Part shown: positions 12,101 to 22,100 of the stretch, one piece after another
Position numbering within the stretch: position 1 is the first letter of the stretch
How the letters are laid out: every line of letters begins with the position of its first letter
NCBI GenBank assembly: GCA_907165135.1
Contig: OU015566.1
Coordinates: 5,952,001 to 6,016,000, forward strand
Source of the DNA: Oikopleura dioica
Taxonomy: Eukaryota; Animalia; Chordata
Length of the DNA stretch: 64,000 nucleotides
Reading direction: 5' to 3'
The notes under the pieces: model-generated
The model's input: only the letters and a program-made list of their open reading frames with translations
The model's database searches: none
What the model was told of the DNA's origin: nothing
Program-made: the position numbers and the translations under genes

Positions 12101-15100
12101 TGATATTTTCAGCGGTTGAATCGCTCATAACTGCGCAGAAGTCTCGATTCCATTTTTGTGATTTTTCTGTGACGCAGGACGCAGAAACGGAGGTTATTTT
12201 GATCTTTGTTTCTTCCTTTTTTTCATCGTCTTTTTGAAGAGGATTCGACTTGATGAGGATGAAAATTGAGCATTTTTGTCGAGAAAAGCAGAGCTCGACC
12301 TCTTTCTTCTCAAAATGTATTCCATACGGATCACCTGAGCAGACGTTCACGGTGCATTTTGTTGCAGACAATTCGGAAGCATTTTTAAACGAGGGAAGAG
12401 TCACGTGATGCCGATAAGAGAGCAGCTTTGGGTCGGGCTTGTACCAGAAGTCGACAAAAACATCAACATAAATACTCTCATCGAAATCGAAAAATACGAA
12501 AAAATCCTCGTTGTTTTCAAGGTCGAATCTCACTACCTCTCCTTGACCTGGTAGCAAGCTCTTTTCAATCGTTTTAGGTTCTTGTTTGAATCTCATCTGA
12601 GCGTAGCCCTCGAAATTGGAAGAATACAAAACTTGATTGGCAAGTCTCAAATCGTCGTCAGAGTAGATAAAGGGATTGAATTTTATCTCAGCTAGCAATC
12701 CATTCTTTCTTGATCTTGATTCGCCGTATAAAATCGGAATTGAAATATTTTCTCCGAAGACGATAAATTCAGTCGAGGGAGAGTCATCAGAAATCGCCTC
12801 AAGAAGCGAATTCAAACCAGTTCTTATAGAAACTATGCTCTCGCTTTTTTCCAGCAGCAAATCAACACTCGACGATCCGATTTCCTTCAAAAAAGAATCA
12901 TCTCCTGTTTTCGGAGCGAGAAGATTTGACAGAAGATTTCCAGTTCTCGCTGAAGCTTCGCCGATTGCTTCTGAAACAAGTTTCGAGTCATTAGTGAATT
13001 TCAACGCAAGTTGCATTTTTTCGTGTATACTTCCAAGCTCGTTTTCCATCATTTTTTGAAGCTCTTCATCCTCCATTTCAGTCATTTTATTCCCGTCAAA
13101 GCTGACATCTTCGCATTTAAACAAGTCGACTTGTCGCATAGGAACGGGACACGAGCAAGTGAAGCTTCCAATAGTATTGATGCAGATTTCTTCGCACAAG
13201 TGCTCACCACTTTCGCATTCGTCAATATCGAAACAGGTAAAATTCGAGCATTGCTGCTCACCAAAACAAAATCCCCCGTCAAAACCAGCTTGACAAAAAC
13301 ACTCAAAACTCCTTTCAAAATTTTTGCAAATCGAATATTCTGGGCAAGCATTTTCTTCTTCACACTCATCAATATCAGAACAGCCGCCGGCCACCATTTT
13401 CATTCCGTCAACACAGTCACACGAGTAGCTTCCGATCGTATTACTGCAGATCATATTCTGGTCGCATGGTTCAAGCGAGCATTCATCTTCATCAACACAC
13501 TCCAGATTCTGGCAATTCGAAAATCCAGAACAAGTTTCTTCAAGAAAACCGGGATTACAGAAACACTCGAAGCTCCCGTTTAAATTCTTGCAAGTTGAAA
13601 ATACTGGACAATTATGGGTTTCAATCTCACACTCGTTTATGTCTTCGCATGCTCCATTTTTCCGTAAAAATCCATTCATGCAGTTGCATAAAAAGCTCCC
13701 GATCGTGTTCTCGCAAATTTCGTTCGCAGATGGGCATGAATTTTGATCCAAACACTCATCAGTATCGAAGCAGTGGTAGTTATCACAGTCATTTTCGACG
13801 GTGTTCAAACTCTGATATCCAGAAGGACAAGTACAGACGATGCCTGACTCTGAGTTGGAACAACCTTTTGTTGTACAGCGAGTGAGATTGTCGCAAAGTT
13901 CGACGCAAGAATCAATTGTTTCAAGATAGAAATTTCTGATTCCAGCTAGCTCTCCCGAAGTCGTTCTGTCGTAGAATAGATGAGCATAAATTGTTCTGTC
14001 ATAAAGAGCGTCTGGAGTGTATGATAAATCCTCATGGTAGATAATATCATTGTGTTTGAAAGTTCGGAGCAATTTTCCAGGCTGAATTTCTCGCTGATGA
14101 ATTGAAAAGTAATGCCATGCTCCTGCTTGACCTTTAATTGATTTTTGCAGTCCGAAGTATGCGGGATCGAAACTTTGGTCGACAATGCTAAGAATGGATA
14201 GCTAATGAATAAAAGATGATTTTTATTAAGAGTCGTTGCTGTTTCGCTTTATCCTCTTTCCTGATAGAAAAGTCATCATAATTGTCATCAAGATCAATTG
14301 AGAAAAAACGCTTTCCTCTATCATACTTTGATTTCTCGATCCATGCAATATTTGCCATTTGAAAAATATTTCTGTCCTCAAATCTTTGAAAATAGAAGTT
14401 TCGAACTTCATTCTGCGCAGACGTCGCATCGTAATTATTCGAAACCATAGCATAAAGATCACCAATCGCGTAAGCTTGACTAACATCATAAGTTCCATTG
14501 GCGACTTCTACGGCGTCTATTCTCAAAACGTAGCGCAGTGTCGTTAGAGAGTCAGGAACTTGTCTAACGATAACAGAATATGTGTTCCATTCTCCGGAAA
14601 CGCAGGACCTGTAAAATCTCAGTCGTTGTTCATTTTTCGTCGGGTCATTTACAGTGATTTCCAAGTCAGGAGAATCCTTTACCGAATAAATGGCAAATTG
14701 TCTGTAGCCAGCCGCATTATTGGTTTGAGAATATTCCTTGTTGACTTCAATAATATTCCTCCATGCCCAGTAAGAACTGTGACCGCAGAGAACATCAACT
14801 GAGAATTTGTAATTGAGCGCGGCCTTGAATGTTGCTCTGAGATTGTTTTGTGCAGGCGTTATTGCGCAGCTATCAACGAAAGTAGTACAGGTTTCTCGCC
14901 AAGCGCAAGGATCTTCGCAGAACGGCAGATCTTCAAATGTTTGGTAAATGAAATTTCGTACGAAAGAAGCGTAAGCGGGATCGAAATAACTACTAGAGAC
15001 GAAGACCTTCCAATCAATATTTAGTCTGTTGATGGCTTCGGTAGCGTCATATTCACCAACACGAACTTGAGCTCCATCAAAACTGATGACGTATCGGAGC

Positions 15101-17453
15101 GTCTTTGGAGCGCTAGGAAGCTGTCTCACTTCGACAGAATATGAGTTCCATTCTCCATGATTGCATGATAAACCACTTTGTTTGTAGTGTTTGTCCCACA
15201 AGCCCGTATCTGTGGCAAAAACGCTTATTGTATTATCAACATTGCTTCTTTCAATCATAAATGTTCGAGCGCCAGCGTAACCATAACGTTCGCCAGTGGT
15301 CACATGGAGAACATTTTTGTGATTATCAAGTGGCATGCTATGATCACAGAAAACCTCCACTGAGAATCTGTAGTTTAAAGCAGCACTAACTGTTTTGATC
15401 AGATTATTTCTTAACGGAACAAGTGGAGTAGGACCAACTAAAACCTGACAGTTTTGAAGTCCAGCGCAAAGATTCTCGTCGGGACATTTATGATTGCTAA
15501 TTTGTGGTCCGAGTTGAACATCCGAATTTAATATCTTTGTTTCCCCGTCGATCTCCTCCGTCTTTGAAGATTTATCATGGCCTGCACATAATAATCAACA
15601 GTTAATTATTTACCTCATATAAGTACTTCGTCGTTTCACAAGCTATAGAATCGACTGTCGTTATTGCAAGCCACTCTGGAGTCCACCCGTCACCACTCTT
15701 TTCTCTGATTACTATCTGGTTAATGTTTTGGAGACAGCTCTCCGGAAGCTCCGAAACATCAAGAGTCCAAGTTGTCACTTGTCCACGCACAAAATCGGCC
15801 ATATCTGAGTTATCAAGCGGCCCATATTCCCAACATTCGTTCTTATTTATTCTTAATTATTAGTAATAGTAATTTATTATGAACTCAGGAATAATATAAA
15901 TGACGATATTAGTCAGATATTTGTTACCTGAAAAACATGTTCCCGTCACTTGTTTGCGCGTTCGATATATCCGCTGTTTTTGTACCGAGAACAAAAAATG
16001 GTTGAGTATTAAGTCCATTATCGAATTTTTGATAAAAGAAATTACGGACAAGATAGGTTTTTGCGGCTCCATACCAATTATCAGAGACATAGACCTGCAG
16101 ATCACCAGAAGTATACGCCGAAGCTGAATCAAAGGTTCCCATTTTGACTTGTTTATTATCAACGCTGACGACAAATCTCAGTGTTGTTGAAGAGCTGTCA
16201 AGTTTCCTTACTTCAAGAGAGTAAGTGTGCCACTTGCCCTGATTGCACTGAACTATTTGTGCAGTCTGGGACCCTCCCGTGTAGAAGATAACAAAGATTT
16301 CATCATTTGAATTTCTTTGTATTAAAAACGCTCGATACGATTCCGTGTTTTCTCCAACATTCACATTAAGTATCGTAAGCCAACCGCCCACGCCCTGCAA
16401 GCTATGATCGCAATAAATATCAGCGGAGAATTTGTAATTTAGGGCGGCGGAAACAGTCGCTAATTTAGTATTCTTAGCCGGAGCAATTTCTGAGGCCCCT
16501 ATAAAAGTCGTACAGCTGGCGAGCCCGTCGCATGGGGTCATCTCGGGAAAGACTTGGTAGACAAAATTTCGGACAAGTAAAGATGTTGCAGAATCGTGCC
16601 AACTGTCAGAGACAAAGACTTGTAGATCACCAGAAGTCACTGCTTCATCCACGTCATAGGAGCCATCGCCAAGTCTAATGCCATCAACGCTGATGACATA
16701 GCGAATCGTCGTGGGAGAGTTTTCTTGTTGCCTAACTTCCAGAGAATAGGTGTTCCATTCCCCATCATAGCACGGGAAATGCTCGTATCTTACTTTGTGC
16801 GAAGAATTCGGATCAGCAACGCCGATCTCGATATACTGCTGCTGGTTACTTCTTGTTAGCTAAAAGGGGTGGACATCGGAACCTCGCATTGATGAAAACT
16901 CAGAAATGACAAAGCGGGATTTTTATTAAATGAATTGTGCAATGCGTGTTTCCAAAAGGTCTAAGTATGAAGTCTGTCAGGAAAATTTCTGATGACATAA
17001 ACGGTTCATGATGTCAACCCCCTTGAAAGTTCGATCACCCATATTGCCATTGTTCCCTCCAGCAGTGACATGAATTATATTCTTGTAACCGTTAAGCTCC
17101 ATTCCATGGTCACAATAAACTTCAGCAGAAAATCTGTAATTAACAGCGGCAGTCACTCTCGCAAGAAGAGTGTCTCGAGCAGGCACGATCGTGGAAGAGC
17201 CAACTAAAGTTGTGCAACTTGTCATTTCAGCGCAGGGGTCGAATGCGTTAGTTTTAATTTCGAAATGGATGTGGTAATTGAGGGGGAGTGTTAGCGAAGT
17301 AAGAAGGTGATTAGGGCCTGGATCAGTTTCAGCAGTGTTCATCCCACAAGAATCCAAGAAACTCTCGCATTCTATTCTCTCTTGACATGGGTCGATGCAG
17401 GAGGCAAAACATCCGGGAAAAAAGATAAAATTCAAAATGTGAAGGTCGACCAT
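9141..17453 (-). CDS. Polycystin-1-like (PKD1L/PKDREJ-type) multi-pass receptor-channel: signal peptide, ~4 ConA/LamG-like repeats, PLAT-like module, 6 EGF repeats, GPS-like motif, TM segments, polycystin TOP/channel domain
   Basis: ATG at 17453 (MVDLHILNFIFFPGCFA). Repeated ~160-aa units occur in ORFs 16977, 15924 and 14188. ORF 11001 has Ca-binding EGF signatures (DINEC...C.N..GSF.C.C) and a GPS-like C..W....C...CSC. ORF 9415 has polycystin motifs LGPASLIQHR and YLRKNAWFDQNTKLLIFEQSFLNMNINAFAQFRVVFEF. Final TMs are in ORF 9141, joined by a GT-AG intron near 9634-9673. Confidence 0.8.
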
Positions 17454-17975
17454 TTTCTGAGAAAAAAGAACAACTATGACGGTCGCTGAAAAACTCAAAA
17501 AAAGTTTTTATTAATTATTGACAGTTTTTCTTTGTCACGGTCTTCGTCGTGGGAGGAAGTCTTCTTTTATAATTCTCAATGGAACTAGCGGCGTTAATTC
17601 TTTTTAAGTATCATCTGTTGCGAATTACAACTCTTATTCAGTTATTCTCAAAAGGATAGCAATCGTCCCACAATGTAAAAGAGCAAGTGATGAATTTTAA
17701 ATTTATTCCAAGTTCAAATGCTCACTTAGTAAATTCTGCGAAATGTTGCCATCAAAATTGCTGCGTTTATTATTGTTCTAATAAATATATTTATAAATGT
17801 ATGAAAGTGTCATTTATTCAAGAAATTTAAAGAAAAATAGAAAGGTTAGTGCTTTTGAATATAGAGTTTTGTTAGTAGAGATTATAATTGATAGTATAAC
17901 TTATACTGTATACTGTTATACTCTTATACTGTATAAGAGATTAATAGCAGTCAGTTTTTCTTGAGAGAAAGATGG

Positions 17976-18887
17976 TCAAAGACATTTAAATTTGACAGTC
18001 AAATACGGCTTTTTACCCTCGCAGTCCGTGAAATTCCCGATATGAGAGTCAATATCGAATGAGCAGTTTTCTTCGCCCTCGCATGATTCAAACTTGTCTG
18101 TCAAATCAAAGCTCGAATTGCAGAATCTTCCACCGCCGCACGGTCTTCCAAGCGCGCGGCCGAAACTCGCAGATCTGATTGAAATTCGATGCTGGAGAGG
18201 GCAGCTTATTTCTTGAACGTAGTCGGAGCAGATGTCTTCGGAAAACTCCAGGTCTTTGTGTCGCCCGTAGATGTTGCTCACCCAGGTTCTCGGATGCGGC
18301 ATTTCTTTCAACGGAGCAACTTCGGAAGAGTCGGGAGAAAGAGGATACTTGTTGGTGCATTGAACGGAAGAATCGTCGGTTTCCTGGCAGTACTTGTAAA
18401 TCATGATCAGTTTGAAGCGGTCGATTCTTTTTAGCAAAACCATCGCTCTTCGAGGACAACTTGGGTAGATCTGCTCTTTTATCCAGCGCCCGTATTGGTA
18501 GTAGAGCGACTTCCAGCTCGTGATAAAATTTGTTGTTGGGAGATTCCAGCGCTTGATTTCCACTCCGGTTTCTTTGATTCCTTCAATTTCTGGCGCTCTC
18601 ATGCAGGATTGATCCCTTTGGTGGAGATTTTCCATCGTTCGATTTAGCGCCGCTTTTGCTCGTTCGCCGAATTTGAGATATTTTCTTGAAAAATCGTCCG
18701 TGAAAAACGTCGCGAAGAAAAGATCCGTCCCAGTTGAAATGTCTTCGCTGAGAGCAGCGGCAAAGTCGTCATTCCAATTGCTCGATCCTTCCGATAGAAG
18801 AAAGTCGGTGTTGTCAACGTTGCTTCTCTCGTTGATTTCAGGAAAAACGGACGATCCGAGGGTAAAAAGCGGAAAAAGAATTTTCAT
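17976..18887 (-). CDS. Secreted protein with C-terminal SUEL/rhamnose-binding (Gal_lectin) domain, intronless
   Basis: 303-aa ORF with a signal-like N-terminus MKILFPLFTLGSS. The C-terminal ISCP..HRISIRSASFGR...C...CEGEENCSF......DC..KKPYLTVKFKC matches the SUEL pattern. Confidence 0.8.
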   Translation of the reverse strand: MKILFPLFTLGSSVFPEINERSNVDNTDFLLSEGSSNWNDDFAAALSEDISTGTDLFFATFFTDDFSRKYLKFGERAKAALNRTMENLHQRDQSCMRAPEIEGIKETGVEIKRWNLPTTNFITSWKSLYYQYGRWIKEQIYPSCPRRAMVLLKRIDRFKLIMIYKYCQETDDSSVQCTNKYPLSPDSSEVAPLKEMPHPRTWVSNIYGRHKDLEFSEDICSDYVQEISCPLQHRISIRSASFGRALGRPCGGGRFCNSSFDLTDKFESCEGEENCSFDIDSHIGNFTDCEGKKPYLTVKFKCL

Positions 18888-20058
18888 ATTTTTTTCTGAA
18901 AAACTGCGGAGACCTTATCGACCTCTGAGTAAAAGACTCCAGAACTCGTATTTATATACGAATGAGATTCGTAATTTTCATTTTCTTATTGGTATAATTT
19001 TGCGCATTTAGCGGTCAAAATGAGGAAAAATGTGGAAATCGGATGATCTTCCTGGGAATGCGGTTACAAGTCTTACCTTTCAACTTGATATTCTGCTCAT
19101 TTGATGTATGATTTTGGTCAGTTTGGTCCGTTTTTGGTCAAAATTTTGCCCTAAAATTTTTGCGCCTTCAAGAATTACAACAAGATGAAATAATTATGAT
19201 TGATGATGTCTTTATTTTAAGGACGAATCTAATCAAAAAATAACAATCTTTTAATAATGAAGGAAAGAGATATAAATTCGTGACAGATGATACTAATATG
19301 AAAGGGAAGAATAAGATGAAAGACATGTTAATTTTAGTTTGCAACTTGACATGATTTCAACTTTTCGACAAGAATGTTTAGATCTCGGCGAAAGTCTGGT
19401 AGACAAAATTCTTGACATTGTAGCCAGTTGCGGCGAGCCACCAGTCATCAGAAACGAAGAATTGAAGATCGCCAGTGCTCTTGCCTCCGCTAGCCGGATA
19501 GCTTCCTGTTCTGATTGAATTTCCGTCGACTTGGATATCGTAATTGAGCGTTGATGTCACGCCGGTATCCTGGCGAACTTCAACGGAGAATGAGTGCCAC
19601 TGGCCTTCGGTGCAGTAGAAAGGCGTCCTGTCGGAATGATCCCCGTGATTGCCGTTTGGATTGTTGGTATGAATATTTAACTGTCTTGTAGTTGGATTCC
19701 TCCAAATGGCAAATGTTCGACAGCCGGGAGTGTAATGATCGTTTCCGTCAGTCACGTGAAGTACGTTTCTCCACTCGGCCCAGGGTGTCACCGGAGCGCA
19801 GAAGATATCGGCCGAGACTTTGTAGTTCAAAGAAGCAGGTACAGTCGCGACTTGATTGTTTTTCACTGGAGCGACTTCGCAACCATCAACAATGACGTTG
19901 CAGTCGTCGAGTTCGGCACACGGGTCGCCGCAGTCGATCTCGGGAAGTGTCTGGTAGATGAAGTTCTTCACTGGCGAATTAGTTGCGGTGTTGTACCAGT
20001 CATCAGCGAGGAAGAACTGAAGATTACCATCGCTCTTGCCACCGCTTTTTGGATAGCT

Positions 20059-20542
20059 TGTACGGGATTTGCTTGCGCAACATCCAAATTATTTACTATC
20101 AGTCTTGATTCACGTGATTTAAAGTGCTGAGCTTAAACTAATTTCATCCGCGTGAAAATCCACCCGCGCGCGCGGCGCTTCAGCCGCGCGAACGAAATTT
20201 CATCCGTTCAAACAGAACTCGAGCCGCGCCAGCACACAAAACTTATTCCAAACGATTTATCATCTCATCGACGCGAAATAACTTTCATTCCTGTGAACCA
20301 ACTTTCATTCCTGTGAATTAACTTTCATTTCTGTGAACAAACATTCTACCCAAATGAAACTGTGTTCTATTCGCGTGAATAAAGTTCCATTCACGCGAAC
20401 CAAAATACTATATAAAGAACTCTGCTTCTCCACTCAGACACTCATACACTCAACTCTACTTCCACTCGACACAACTTTGATTTTTCAATAAACCATGCTC
20501 ATCCAAAACTTATTGTAGTTTTTACGCAGCAAAACCCCTACA
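20059..20542 (+). repeat. 5' LTR
   Basis: Appears identical by eye to 26960-27443. Contains 3x20-bp tandem repeat (20280-20339), hairpin (20370-20399), TATA box (20409-20416) and AATAAA (20487-20492). Confidence 0.97.
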
Positions 20543-20711
20543 AATTGGTGACAAAGAGAAGAAACAAACCTACGATTCCCAGAGATACAGAGATATTTTA
20601 TACGGGTTTATTTTAATACAAGTGAAATTACAGGCGACTCTAGGCTCCAGCCTTTTCCCTTAAGGAATTGATAAGCTGTGAAGAGGGACCTTAGGAACTC
20701 ACTTTTAAATA

Positions 20712-22100
20712 ATGGCGGAAACGTACTTTAAACTAACAGCAGACCTTTCTAAGAGAGAGCTGCTGCTGATCTATGATTCTTTTGAAGAGAAAGAATATCC
20801 AGTCTACTACCCTATCACGGATAAGAAGTCAGTTGTCCTGAATATTTTGAGACTCAAAGCCGATTTTTTCGAGAATGACCCAAAATTTGTTTTTCGAGCT
20901 CAAGATACTGGCGTAGTCCATTTCTTAAAGGACTTTACTGAGGACTGTGATAACCAACGTTTCAGCCGACCAAATCACAAAATAAACCTAGAGAAAATTC
21001 TCTCTCTCGTTGAAGCAAGGTCAATGGAAGAAATAATCGCAAACGAATCAGACTTCGATACTGACATCGACAGTGAAAGTGATACCGACAGCGACTCTTC
21101 TGAAACCTCTGAAGCTACAGTCGACGTTACGATTAAACCAAAAGCGCCGAAGCAAAAGTGGGAGAATATCAAGCAAGAGCAGCATGATAAGAAACCAAAG
21201 GCTGAACCAAAAAGCAATCCTGGACAAAAACCGACAGGACAAAAGCCAAAGAAAAGCAAACAATCATCGCGAAAAATGGGGGAGGCGACAATTCCAGCTC
21301 AGCAATTCTCGTCCTCAAAAGCCCGTGTCAAAACACCCAAATACGACTCATCATTGCCGATCACTGCGTGGCTTCGAAATATGTCGATATATGGAAGGGT
21401 TACATCTCTCAGCGATGAAGAGCTTATCACTTGCGCACTTAGTGCCCTCCTTTCAGAAGAAGAGGGTAGTCACATCATTGCCTCTCTGACCGAGGATGAG
21501 CTCAGAGACTGGTCAGCCTTCAAGGAAAAACTTGAAGATGTTCTTGGTTTCTCACGTGACCACTGGAAGTTCCTATTTGAAAACTACTCTCGAGGATCTG
21601 ACTCTTTTGGTGTTGCAATGGCCAAATTGACCTCTTACTACCGCCAAGGATACAACATTAAAGAACTGAGAGCCCACGATAATGAATTACTCGTCGAGAA
21701 ATTCTGCGCTGCACAAGACGATCGACTCCGAGAACTTCTTCTGCGAGATAAGGCAAGCCTGGATGTTAGCTCGATTGTCAAAAGAGCCAATGAACTAGAA
21801 CGAAGCATTCCAAAAAGAGAAGTCAACTTTGCTACTGTTGCAACCCAGCCTGAAAATGATTTAGTCATGAAACAAATTCAGAAATTGACGGATGAATTCA
21901 GTAAGTTCAAAACTGAGTTGGAAACAAAGAAAGCAAAAGCAAGCGGAAAGAAGAAATCAAAGATTGATTTGGACAAGGCGCAAGGATATTGCATCAAATA
22001 CACAAACACTGGTTCTTGCAAATTTGGATCTGATTGCAAGTACCTGCACTCGAAAGATGCACCTAAAAGTGTGTTGGATTATGCAAAGTCACTTTTATGA
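20712..22100 (+). CDS. gag: Gag-like protein with C-terminal CCCH zinc finger
   Basis: 462-aa ORF following the PBS, with a capsid-like central region (W..F...L) and C-x8-C-x5-C-x3-H (CIKYTNTGSCKFGSDCKYLH) at 21990-22049. Confidence 0.9.
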   Translation: MAETYFKLTADLSKRELLLIYDSFEEKEYPVYYPITDKKSVVLNILRLKADFFENDPKFVFRAQDTGVVHFLKDFTEDCDNQRFSRPNHKINLEKILSLVEARSMEEIIANESDFDTDIDSESDTDSDSSETSEATVDVTIKPKAPKQKWENIKQEQHDKKPKAEPKSNPGQKPTGQKPKKSKQSSRKMGEATIPAQQFSSSKARVKTPKYDSSLPITAWLRNMSIYGRVTSLSDEELITCALSALLSEEEGSHIIASLTEDELRDWSAFKEKLEDVLGFSRDHWKFLFENYSRGSDSFGVAMAKLTSYYRQGYNIKELRAHDNELLVEKFCAAQDDRLRELLLRDKASLDVSSIVKRANELERSIPKREVNFATVATQPENDLVMKQIQKLTDEFSKFKTELETKKAKASGKKKSKIDLDKAQGYCIKYTNTGSCKFGSDCKYLHSKDAPKSVLDYAKSLL

